From NCBI GenBank assembly GCA_035692005.1, contig DASSII010000100.1, positions 5,554 through 69,553 of the forward strand: 64,000 nucleotides of DNA, in the 5' to 3' direction. Origin of the DNA: Candidatus Limnocylindrales bacterium (GTDB lineage Bacteria; Chloroflexota; Limnocylindria; Limnocylindrales; CSP1-4). Of this stretch, positions 29,610 to 37,823 are shown piece by piece; positions within the stretch are counted from its first letter, which is position 1; the number at the start of each line of letters is the position of its first letter. The position numbers and the translations under genes were made by a program. Below the pieces are notes generated by a model that saw nothing but the letters and a program-made list of their open reading frames with translations, was not told the DNA's origin and did not search any database.

Positions 29610-30440
29610 TCAGGCCTCGTCGCGGCCGGTCGGACCGACCGCCAGCGGCGCGTCGATCGCCGCCGCGAAGGCCCGGGCGAAGATCCAGCCAGCTCGCTCG
29701 ACCGATCCGGTCGTCGGACCGTCCTGGGTCCCGAGCTCGCGGGCGATGGAGGTCGAGGCCACACCGGGCATGCCACACGCGTCGATCAGCTCGAAATCGG
29801 CCAGATCGACGGTGACGTTGAGGGCGATCCCGTGATAGCTGACGCCGCGCTCCACCCGGAGGCCGAGGGCGCCGATCTTGCGCGGATCCGGCCCGTGCGG
29901 ATCGCACCAGCAACCCGGGTGGCCGTCGCGTCGGTCGGCCGCGACCCCGTGGGCGGCACAGGTCTGCGCCAGGGCCGTCTCGAGCGCCCGCACGAATGGC
30001 CGCAGCAACAGCCCGCGCTCATGGAGGCGGACGATGGGATAGGCGACCAGCTGACCGGGACCGTGATAGGTCACCTCGCCGCCGCGCTCGATCCGCTCGA
30101 CGTCGATCCCGCGCCGGCGGAGCTCGCTGTCCGGAGCGCGGATGTGCGCCGCGTCGGCGTTGCGTCCGAGGGTCAGGACCGGCGGATGCTCGAGGAGCAG
30201 CAGGCGATCCCCGATCCGCCCGGCGGCCCGGGCGTCGACCAGGCGCTGCTGCAGGGCGTGGGCCGTGCGGTACGGCGTCCGGCCGAGCCAGTGGGCCTCG
30301 AGCGGCGCGTGCGTCGGCAGCGGCGTCGGCAGCGGCGTCGGCGTGGCGACAGGCGCATCGGGCGCGCGGAGTTCAGCGAGCGCGCGGGGCGTATCGGGCA
30401 CGCCGGGCGCGCCGCGGTCCGGATCGGTGAGGGTCGCCAC
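29610..30440 (-). CDS. lipB: Octanoyltransferase (lipoyl(octanoyl) transferase)
   Basis: Motifs LLLLEHPPVLTLGR, GGEVTYHGPGQLVAYPI and KIGALGLRVERGVSYHGIALNV are present. The start is uncertain; GTG at 30440 was chosen. Confidence 0.85.
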   Translation of the reverse strand: MATLTDPDRGAPGVPDTPRALAELRAPDAPVATPTPLPTPLPTHAPLEAHWLGRTPYRTAHALQQRLVDARAAGRIGDRLLLLEHPPVLTLGRNADAAHIRAPDSELRRRGIDVERIERGGEVTYHGPGQLVAYPIVRLHERGLLLRPFVRALETALAQTCAAHGVAADRRDGHPGCWCDPHGPDPRKIGALGLRVERGVSYHGIALNVTVDLADFELIDACGMPGVASTSIARELGTQDGPTTGSVERAGWIFARAFAAAIDAPLAVGPTGRDEA

Positions 30441-30617
30441 GCGCGCACGATAGCAGGGGGTCCGGGAAGCCCCCGTCCGGACGGCCGGAGGGCGGCCCGA
30501 CGGGTGGCCCAAGGGTACCGGGGGACCCGGCCCGACAGGGTCCCTGCAGGATGCGGCCACACGCGGTACGTTACAGACTCATCACAGTCCTCTTGCCTGC
30601 CAGTAGGTCTGCATCGC

Positions 30618-30842
30618 ATGTCTGACATCCGCATCCGAGCCCGCTCGTGCATCGCCGATCCCGAGCTGGCTCGTGCCGCCACCGTCGACCTTCCGACCGC
30701 GGTCACGTGGCGCCGGCCACATGCGCCGCGAGCGGTCGTCGAGACGCTCGTCGAGGCGCTCGCCGCGGTGCGCTCGCAGAGCGAGCCCGAGCGGGTCATC
30801 GTCCTCAGCCTCGCCGCCGTTCCGGTACGCGCCCGGCGCTGA
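30618..30842 (+). CDS. Possible small ORF (74 aa) upstream of the cyclase
   Basis: The ATG at 30618 follows the only relatively AT-rich stretch of the intergenic region. No family recognised; it may be non-coding leader. Confidence 0.25.
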   Translation: MSDIRIRARSCIADPELARAATVDLPTAVTWRRPHAPRAVVETLVEALAAVRSQSEPERVIVLSLAAVPVRARR

Positions 30843-30856
30843 CCGGGCGGCGCGAG

Positions 30857-31711
30857 ATGCCGAGACTCCAACGCAAGGATTTCGATCAGCCGGACGAGGT
30901 CCGCACCTTTGCCAGGGGTCACGCCGAGGTCGTCCGCCTCGATGAATTGACCGTCGGCCGTTCCCAGTGGGAGCCCGGATGGCGCTGGTCGGAGGACCTG
31001 GCACCGATCATGGGCACCGCCACCTGCCAGGTGCACCACCTCGGCCACTCCATCTCGGGCGTGCTCCATGTCCGCTGCGACAACGGGGACGAGCTCGACA
31101 TCGGGCCCGGCTCGATCTTCGAGATCCCGCCCGGACATGACGCCTGGGTGGTCGGCGACGAGCCCTGGGTGACGGTCGAGTGGACGAGCGCGCACCTCGT
31201 CGGAGTCGGCCCGTCCGATCCGGGCGAGCGGGTGCTCGCGACGATCCTGTTCACCGATATCGTCGACTCGACGGCCACGATGGCGCGCGTCGGTGACGAC
31301 GCCTGGCGGGAACTCCTGCGCGCCCACAACGCGCGGCTGCGCAACGACCTCAACACGTATCGCGGGCGGGAGGTGGCCACGACCGGCGATGGCTTCCTGG
31401 CAGCGTTCGACAGTGCGACCCGGGCGGTCCGCTGCGCGATCGCGATGACGCGCTCCGCACGCGACGTCGGCCTCGAGGTGCGCGTCGGGCTGCACAGCGG
31501 CGAGGTCGAGTTCGTCGGCGACAACGTCCGCGGCGTCACCGTCCATGCGGCCGCCCGCGTGATGTCCCTCGCCGGCGCCAGCGAGGTGGTCGTCTCGAAC
31601 ACGACCCGCGATCTGCTCGAAGGGTCAGGCATCGATCTGGCGGACGCCGGTCGGCACGTGCTCAAGGGACTGTCCGGGGAGCGGCAGGTGTATCGCGTCG
31701 TTCCGGGGTGA
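30857..31711 (+). CDS. Cupin-domain-fused class III adenylate/guanylate cyclase
   Basis: The N-terminal roughly 115 aa are cupin-like (CQVHHLGHSISGVLHV...IFEIPPGHDAWVVG). C-terminal CYCc motifs are ILFTDIVDSTA, ATTGDGFLAAF and GLHSGEVE. Confidence 0.8.
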   Translation: MPRLQRKDFDQPDEVRTFARGHAEVVRLDELTVGRSQWEPGWRWSEDLAPIMGTATCQVHHLGHSISGVLHVRCDNGDELDIGPGSIFEIPPGHDAWVVGDEPWVTVEWTSAHLVGVGPSDPGERVLATILFTDIVDSTATMARVGDDAWRELLRAHNARLRNDLNTYRGREVATTGDGFLAAFDSATRAVRCAIAMTRSARDVGLEVRVGLHSGEVEFVGDNVRGVTVHAAARVMSLAGASEVVVSNTTRDLLEGSGIDLADAGRHVLKGLSGERQVYRVVPG

Positions 31712-31754
31712 TCGGCGCCGGGGTTTCGCTTCGGGGGTTGGGGCGTGGCCGGGG

Positions 31755-32116
31755 TCTGATGCCCGGCAGGCATCGATTTCGGATCGAGCGGCCGGGGGCT
31801 GGGGGTGGCGGGGGCGCCGGCGTCGCGGTTGGCACGACTGAGGCGTCGACCGACGGGGTTCGGCCCGGTTGCCTGCCTATGAGGCATCGATCCTCGGGCT
31901 TGGCGGCCATCGATCGGCTGGCGACTCGCGGAACCGGTGCGATCGATGCCAGCGGGGCATCGATCCCTGGCCTGGGTGGTCGGCGACAGGTGCGACAGGG
32001 CGTGGGCCAGCAACTGGGCGCCGATCGATGCCTATGGGGCATCGATCCGGTGTGATGAGGGGACATCGACGGGGCCGGTGCGCGAACCCCACGGGATCGA
32101 TGCCGGCCGGGCATCA
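31755..32116. repeat. Intergenic array of short palindromic hairpin units with core GATGCC-N5-GGCATC / GGCATCGATCC
   Basis: Perfect 10-bp stems: gatcgatgcc-agcgg-ggcatcgatc (31941..31965) and gatcgatgcc-tatgg-ggcatcgatc (32023..32047). 6-bp versions lie at 31758..31774 and 32099..32115. A tgcct-atg-aggca unit followed by tcgatcc lies at 31874..31893. Degenerate half-copies lie near 31906..31918 and 32061..32072. Confidence 0.7.
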
Positions 32117-32143
32117 CCGAGGCCCGGCCTAGTGGCGGTATCG

Positions 32144-32172
32144 TTGTGCGGGTCCAGCCGAGCCTCTAGAAT
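32144..32172 (+). promoter_or_regulatory. Sigma-70-type promoter candidate for tRNA-Gly
   Basis: TTGTGC (32144..32149), a 17-nt spacer, then TAGAAT (32167..32172). It sits about 44 nt upstream of the tRNA 5' end. Confidence 0.5.
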
Positions 32173-32215
32173 GCGAGCTCGGCAGGACGCCGGCACGGGG
32201 CCCTGCCCCTCCCGA

Positions 32216-32291
32216 GCGGGAGTAACTCAGCTGGCAGAGTGTCTGCTTCCCAAGCAGAATGTCGCGGGTTCGAATCCCGTCTCCCGCTCCA
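32216..32291 (+). tRNA. tRNA-Gly (anticodon CCC)
   Basis: Hand-folded cloverleaf. Acceptor GCGGGAG/CTCCCGC; D arm ACTC..GAGT; anticodon stem TCTGC/GCAGA with loop TTCCCAA; T arm GCGGG-TTCGAAT-CCCGT; discriminator T and encoded CCA. Confidence 0.9.
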
Positions 32292-32367
32292 CTCCCTCCC
32301 CTGACGCGCGTCGGTGCGCGACCCGAGGCCCGCGGGGTACGCTGGGTGTGGACGTGAACGTATCAAG

Positions 32368-32841
32368 GTGATTCCAGCGCTCGGTCCCCGCGGCGAGGGG
32401 TGGGTCCTCGCCCAGGGCGTGCTCCTCGTGCTGGTCGCGGCCGCCGGCTGGTCGCTCGGGCCGGACTGGTCTGGTCCCATCCGCGTCGGTAGTGTCGTGC
32501 TCGGGATCGCGCTGCTGGTGAGTGGCGCCGTCCTCGTCGTCCGTGGCGTGGTCGACCTCGGTCACGCCCTGACGCCGCTTCCGCGTCCCCGCGATGACGC
32601 CGAGCTGGTCGAGACGGGCGCCTATGCCCTGGTGCGCCACCCGATCTACGGCGGCCTCATCCTCATGGCGTTTGGATGGGCGATCGCGCGGGCGTCCGTG
32701 TTCGCGGTCGTCCTCGCCGGGCTGCTCACCGCGTTCTTCCATCTGAAATCGAGGCGGGAGGAGCGCTGGCTCGAGACGCGATACCCGGGCTACGCGGCCT
32801 ACCGCGCCGGCACCCGCCGGTTCGTTCCCTGGATCGGATGA
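32368..32841 (+). CDS. Isoprenylcysteine carboxyl methyltransferase (ICMT)/phospholipid methyltransferase-family membrane protein
   Basis: Motifs LVETGAYALVRHPIYGG ... EERWLETRYPGYAAYRAGTRRFVPWIG are present. A GTG at 32368 is preferred over the listed start at 32314, which lies only 22 nt after the tRNA. Confidence 0.7.
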   Translation: MIPALGPRGEGWVLAQGVLLVLVAAAGWSLGPDWSGPIRVGSVVLGIALLVSGAVLVVRGVVDLGHALTPLPRPRDDAELVETGAYALVRHPIYGGLILMAFGWAIARASVFAVVLAGLLTAFFHLKSRREERWLETRYPGYAAYRAGTRRFVPWIG

Positions 32842-32882
32842 TCGGCACCGCGAAGTCTTGCTGACCTTGGGCGGGTAGCTCC

Positions 32883-33464
32883 CTACGTCTCGGCGGCCGG
32901 CCGGTACTCGTCCGCGCGCAAGCCGAAGGTCCAGGCGACGGCCGCCTGGCAGGTCCGGACGTGGGGTGGAACGCGCAGGAAGTACGACTGGCGCGTGCCG
33001 TCGGACTCGGGCGTGCTGTTGGTGACCTCGACGGCTACGACCTGGGCGCCGCCATCGGGGTCGTCGAACCGCCACAGACGACGCGGCTGCCCGAGACCAT
33101 CCACATCCGCTGCGACGACACGACCCCGCCCCGTCACCAGCCGCTCCACGCCGAAGGCACGCACGGCCAGGGCGGTGCGGGCTCGCGACAGCTGCGATGC
33201 CGCGCGCCGCTGCCGGGCGCGGCTGTCATGGACGTAACCGAGGCAGACGTAGGCCGTCGACACGGCCACACCAGCGACGATCGGCAACGGCTCGCCGAAC
33301 CCGGCGGCGTGCACGGCCGTCGCCACCAGGGTCGTGATCGACCACAGGATCGCGATGAGCATCGCCGTGCCGCCGACCATCGTGGCGGTCGTCAGGTCCT
33401 CGCCCGTCCAGCAGCGTCGGATGAACCGGAGCGCGGTTCGGAGCGTTTCCATGGCGGCGAGCAC
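32883..33464 (-). CDS. Hypothetical membrane protein (2-3 TM plus a soluble C-terminal domain)
   Basis: GTG start directly abuts the upstream stop. TM segments (MVGGTAMLIAILWSITTLVATAV; IVAGVAVSTAYVCLGYV). C-terminal VEVTNSTPESDGTRQSYFLRVPPHVRTCQAAVAWTFG. Family not recognised. Confidence 0.5.
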   Translation of the reverse strand: MLAAMETLRTALRFIRRCWTGEDLTTATMVGGTAMLIAILWSITTLVATAVHAAGFGEPLPIVAGVAVSTAYVCLGYVHDSRARQRRAASQLSRARTALAVRAFGVERLVTGRGRVVAADVDGLGQPRRLWRFDDPDGGAQVVAVEVTNSTPESDGTRQSYFLRVPPHVRTCQAAVAWTFGLRADEYRPAAET

Positions 33465-33827
33465 TCAGTCGAACCGCCAGCGCTCACGCTCATGGCGATC
33501 GTCGTCAGCCTCGGTCCATTCGCGCTGCAGGACGATTTCATAGCGTCCGGCGGGCAGGCGGATCGGGGCGTGTTCCTCGTGGGTCACGTCGACGTCCGCG
33601 ACGAGCTGCAGGAAGCGGCCCCGCTCGTCGGCTGACAGGAACGTCGCCTCCTCTTCTGGCGCGGTGATGGCATGGGCGTGGCCGGTCAGTTCACCATGGG
33701 CGAGCACGATCCGGCCGCCCTCCCGCTCGATCCGTCGGGCCTGCGGCGGGATACGGTCGACGGCACGGATGAGCACGTCCCCCTGGCGGTAGACGATGGA
33801 TCGTTCGGACATCGGCCGGGCCTCCAT
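33465..33827 (-). CDS. Hypothetical small protein (about 115-120 aa)
   Basis: Globular-looking sequence (IVYRQGDVLIRAVDRIPP...IVLAHGELTGHAHAI...). The start is ATG at 33827 or at 33812. The rest of the listed 266-aa ORF looks non-coding. Confidence 0.5.
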   Translation of the reverse strand: MEARPMSERSIVYRQGDVLIRAVDRIPPQARRIEREGGRIVLAHGELTGHAHAITAPEEEATFLSADERGRFLQLVADVDVTHEEHAPIRLPAGRYEIVLQREWTEADDDRHERERWRFD

Positions 33828-33971
33828 TCGGGGCTGGAGGTCGGGCATCGGACCTCGCTCGCCCTTCCTCCACGCTGGCACGACCCGGGCGCCCGCCAAC
33901 CCGTACTTTGGTACTGCACGGGCTGCAAGCGATGTCCCGTCGTTCGCGTTCGGATGCATGGAGGGGGCCGG

Positions 33972-34385
33972 ATGCCGTTGCCACAGCGCCTTGGCCGGAT
34001 CAACCGGCGGGTGACGAACCCCATCCTGTGGCCGATCCTCGCCCGGCTGCCGCGGTCCGGCTTCGGCCGGGTCGTCCACGTCGGGCGACGATCCGGGCGG
34101 GTGTACCGCACGCCGATGCTCGGCTTCGTGCACGGTGACCGCATCGTCTTCGCGCTCACCTACGGCCCGCGCACGCAATGGGTCCAGAACGTACTGGCGG
34201 CCGGGGCGTGCGACTTCGAGACGCACCGGACGATGCACCACCTCGTCGAGCCAAGGCTGATCCACGACCCGGAGCGCCGGCGCGTGCCGGAGCCGGTCCG
34301 GGTCGTCCTCGGCTGGTTGCAGGCGTACGACGTGCTCGAGATGCGCCTGGGCGCGACCCGCGGCGGCCGTCAGGCGGGCTGCTGA
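33972..34385 (+). CDS. Nitroreductase-family deazaflavin (F420)-dependent oxidoreductase-like protein (DDN/DUF385 type)
   Basis: ATG at 33972. The pattern INRRVTNPIL...VHVGRRSGRVYRTPM...TQWVQNVLAAG matches my recollection of the family. Confidence 0.6.
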   Translation: MPLPQRLGRINRRVTNPILWPILARLPRSGFGRVVHVGRRSGRVYRTPMLGFVHGDRIVFALTYGPRTQWVQNVLAAGACDFETHRTMHHLVEPRLIHDPERRRVPEPVRVVLGWLQAYDVLEMRLGATRGGRQAGC

Positions 34386-35305
34386 CTCGTCGGGAGCGTC
34401 GTCAGCGGTGATCGCGCGACGTCACGATCCAGGCTGCCGTACAGGCGCCAGGCGATGACCCCGCTGGCAATGGCGAGCGCGCCGAAGATGGCGATCGGCG
34501 GCACCTGCGGCTGGCCGGTCGCCAGCCACTCCACGACGAGCATCGCCACGATCGCCGAGGCCATGGCCAAGCCCTTCACGATCACGACCGAGCCGAGCAG
34601 GTAGCCGATGGGCAGTCGTCGCTGGGTGGTGACCGCGAGCGCGATGCCGAGCGGCAGGAGCACGCCCAGATCGAACACGGGCACGACCAGGGTCGTCGCT
34701 CCGTACAGCTCCGGGACGTCATCGACGCCGATCGTGCGGATGACCAGGGGGAACCACAGGCCGCCAAGCAGCAGCGCCATGAACAGCCCGTAGCCGATCA
34801 TGGCGCGGCGGGGGAACCGCGGCCCGAATCGGGATGGGAGCTCGTCGAGGGCGATCCCGCCGACGAGCAGGGCGATGCCGAACAGGCTCAGCGAGAACGT
34901 CCCGATGTAGACGAGATACAGCGGCCCATAGGCGAGGAAGACCGCGTACTCGATGTACTGGTACGCGAGATACGCGAGCAGGCCGAGGACGACGAGGCGC
35001 GCCCGCAGCGAGCCGGCGCGCAGCGCCGGGACGGTCAGGGCCAGCGCCGGGACGACGAGCAGCAGCGTGACCAGATCCCAGCCGATGCCCTCGGCGCCGA
35101 TGTTCTGGCCGTTGAGCCGATAGATGCCGTTGACGAGCAGGTCGGCCTCGGACCCACGGGAGGTCGTGAACGTCCGCGTCGTGAGGTCGCCCCGGAGCAG
35201 GACGCCGGCCCCGCTGGCGACGGCTGCGAGCAACCCTGCAGCCACGGTGATGAGCAGCGTCAACGCGGAGACCGGCCGCGGACCGGATCGCTCGAGCGTG
35301 TCCAT
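34370..35305 (-). CDS. Hypothetical integral membrane protein (about 8 TM)
   Basis: ATG at 35305. Repeated hydrophobic helices. The 3' end overlaps the convergent DDN-like gene by 16 nt. Confidence 0.55.
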   Translation of the reverse strand: MDTLERSGPRPVSALTLLITVAAGLLAAVASGAGVLLRGDLTTRTFTTSRGSEADLLVNGIYRLNGQNIGAEGIGWDLVTLLLVVPALALTVPALRAGSLRARLVVLGLLAYLAYQYIEYAVFLAYGPLYLVYIGTFSLSLFGIALLVGGIALDELPSRFGPRFPRRAMIGYGLFMALLLGGLWFPLVIRTIGVDDVPELYGATTLVVPVFDLGVLLPLGIALAVTTQRRLPIGYLLGSVVIVKGLAMASAIVAMLVVEWLATGQPQVPPIAIFGALAIASGVIAWRLYGSLDRDVARSPLTTLPTSQQPA

Positions 35306-35370
35306 GACGCCAGTCAAGCGGGACCGGCACACGACTGCGAGGGCCGAGCGACCCGATCGCGCCGGGTCGA

Positions 35371-36660
35371 TCAGCCCGGTCCGGCCGGGACCGCCTCCCC
35401 GAGCGTGGGCTCGGCGTCCGCGAGGAGGCCCCAGCGCCAGGCGACGGCCAGCGCGACCAGCGCGATGATCGTGACCGCGACGCCGCCGACGAGGATCGCC
35501 TCGGCGACCCCGGCGACGCCGGCGATCGCCCCGAAGATCAGGCCGCCGATCGGGGTCGTGCCGGCGTTGACCGTGACATAGGCGGCCATCACCCGACCAC
35601 GCAGGCGGTCCGGGACCGCCATCTGGATGAGCGTGTTCGTGTTCATCGAGATCCCCACCGAGCTCGCACCCACGATGAACATGCAGGCCAGCGACAGCGG
35701 GAACGAGCGAGAGAACGACAGGCCGATCTCGAGCGCGCCGAGGGCCAGCGCGGCGATGACGATCTTTGCCACGCGCGGCCGGCCGAGGGCCGCCACGATG
35801 AGCGCCGAGACGACGGAGCCGAGACCCGATGCCGCCATGAGGAAGCCGAAGCCCTCGGCCCCCACGTTCAGCACGTCGCGGGCCAGCGGCGCGATGAGGA
35901 CCTGGAAGTTCATGCCGGCCGTGGACACCAGGGCGACGATCGCCAGGGCGAGCAGCACGTGGCGGGTCCTGACCACGTAGCGCAGGCCCTCGGCCAGGTT
36001 GGCCAGGACCGCACCGAGTGACCGCGGCAGGGCGGTCGGCGCGATCGGCTGGAGCTCCGACGCCCGCATCGCAAGCAGGCCCGCGATGACGGCCAGGAAG
36101 CTGAGACCGTTGAAGGCGAAGGCGAAGGCGACGCTGAACGCCCCGATCGTCAACCCGGCCACGGCCGGGCCGACCACCTTGGCGATGTTGACGATGGCCG
36201 AGTAGAGCGCTACCGCGCTGACGACATCGTCGCGCCCGACCATCTCGTACACGAACGATTGGCGGGTGGGCAGGTCGATGACGCTGGTGAAGCCGAGGAG
36301 GGTGGCCATCACCAGCACGTGCCAGACCTGGGCCGTCCCCGTGGCGGCCAGGATGGCCAGCGTGAACGCGAGGGTCATCGAGATCGCCTGGGTCGCGATG
36401 AGCGTTCGCCGCTTCGACAGCGCGTCGGCGACGATGCCACCGAACAGGCCGAACAGGAGGACCGGCCCCCACTGCGCCGCCACCACGAGTCCGAGTGCGA
36501 ACGGGTCGCTCGTCAGCGTGAGCACGAGCCACGTCTGCGCGGCGCGCTGCATATGGGTCCCGACCAGCGAGATCAGCTGACCGACCCAGTACAGGCGATA
36601 GTTGCGATGCTGCAGCGCCCCGAGGCCGCGGGAACCGCGCAGGACGCGGAGCGGCCCCAT
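35371..36660 (-). CDS. MFS transporter (EntS/MFS_3-like)
   Basis: 429 aa, 12-TM pattern. N-terminus NYRLYWVGQLISLVGTHMQ is typical of this MFS subfamily. The start overlaps the ackA stop by 1 nt (TGATG). Confidence 0.8.
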   Translation of the reverse strand: MGPLRVLRGSRGLGALQHRNYRLYWVGQLISLVGTHMQRAAQTWLVLTLTSDPFALGLVVAAQWGPVLLFGLFGGIVADALSKRRTLIATQAISMTLAFTLAILAATGTAQVWHVLVMATLLGFTSVIDLPTRQSFVYEMVGRDDVVSAVALYSAIVNIAKVVGPAVAGLTIGAFSVAFAFAFNGLSFLAVIAGLLAMRASELQPIAPTALPRSLGAVLANLAEGLRYVVRTRHVLLALAIVALVSTAGMNFQVLIAPLARDVLNVGAEGFGFLMAASGLGSVVSALIVAALGRPRVAKIVIAALALGALEIGLSFSRSFPLSLACMFIVGASSVGISMNTNTLIQMAVPDRLRGRVMAAYVTVNAGTTPIGGLIFGAIAGVAGVAEAILVGGVAVTIIALVALAVAWRWGLLADAEPTLGEAVPAGPG

Positions 36661-37823
36661 CAGGGCCGGGTCGTCAACGCCGTGATCGCGCCGCGGGCCA
36701 TCACCACGTCCTCGCGGGCATGGACCCGCAGGATCGCCACACCGTCCGACGCCGCGGCGATGACCGCATCGCGCTCCGCTCCGCCCACCGGTTCTGTCGG
36801 CGGAACGGGCACGCCCATCGACCCCAGTCGTTCGCAGATCGCCCTCCGGACAGCGACTGCGTGCTCGCCGATCCCGCCAGTGAACACGATCGCGTCGATC
36901 GAGGGCAGCGTCGTGACCGCGGCCGCGATCCCGGCGGCCGCCCGGCGAACGAACAGGGCGATCGCCATGCGGGCCCGTTCGTCACCGTCCGCGGCCGCGC
37001 CTTCGAGGGCGCGCATGTCGGCCGAGCCGCCGACTCCGAGGAGGCCCGAACCGTGGTCGAGGTCGCGCTCGATGTCGTCGGCCGGCAGGCCGGCGCGCAG
37101 CAGGCGGAACACGATGCCCGGGTCGATGGAGCCGGCGCGGGTGCCCATCATCAGCCCCTCGAGCGGGGTGAGGCCCATCGACGTGTCGATCGACCGGCCG
37201 GCCTCGACCGCCGTCACCGAACAGCCCCCACCGAGATGGGCGACCACGAGGCGGAGCGCGTCGACCGGCCGATCGAGCAGGCTCGATGCCCGTCCCACGG
37301 CCCACTCCACGGACAGGCCGTGGAATCCGTAGCGCCGGATCCCGTAGTCGATGGTCCAGCGATCCGGCACCGGATAGCGCCGTGCGGCGAGCGGCATCGT
37401 CGCGTGAAAGGCGGTGTCGAACAGGGCCACCTGCGGCGTCGAGGGCAGGCGCTCGCGGGCGGCCTCGATGGTGGCCACCGCCAGCGGGTTGTGGAGCGGC
37501 GCCAGGTCGACCACGCGGGTGAGGGCGTCGATCACCTCGTCGTCGATGCGGACCGGGGCGCTGAACCGCTCGCCCCCATGGACGACTCGATGCGCCACGG
37601 CCGCCAGCGACTCGGGGGCGATCCCGGCGTCGGCGGCCGCCGCGTCGAGGACGGCATTGATCGCCGCGCGGCGCTCCGCCGGTGGGGCGGCGGCCGACCA
37701 GTCGATGGTCTGCTCGAACAGAGCTGTCTCGTCGGGCAGGTCGAGGACGGTGCCCTTGAGGGTGGCGGAACCGGCGTTGAGGACGAGGACCCGTCCGGCG
37801 ATCGGTGCGCTCAGTAGGGCCAC
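36660..37823 (-). CDS. ackA: Acetate kinase
   Basis: Motifs [35 protein letters not shown] and IVFTGGIGE are present. The nearest in-frame start is GTG at 37823, 13 nt inside the phosphoketolase gene. Confidence 0.85.
   Translation of the reverse strand: MALLSAPIAGRVLVLNAGSATLKGTVLDLPDETALFEQTIDWSAAAPPAERRAAINAVLDAAAADAGIAPESLAAVAHRVVHGGERFSAPVRIDDEVIDALTRVVDLAPLHNPLAVATIEAARERLPSTPQVALFDTAFHATMPLAARRYPVPDRWTIDYGIRRYGFHGLSVEWAVGRASSLLDRPVDALRLVVAHLGGGCSVTAVEAGRSIDTSMGLTPLEGLMMGTRAGSIDPGIVFRLLRAGLPADDIERDLDHGSGLLGVGGSADMRALEGAAADGDERARMAIALFVRRAAAGIAAAVTTLPSIDAIVFTGGIGEHAVAVRRAICERLGSMGVPVPPTEPVGGAERDAVIAAASDGVAILRVHAREDVVMARGAITALTTRP

Noticed and set aside
31755-32116. CRISPR array interpretation of the hairpin repeats
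   Set aside because: The units are only about 17-25 bp, the spacing is irregular (about 65-115 bp), the copies are degenerate in different ways, and no cas genes are nearby.
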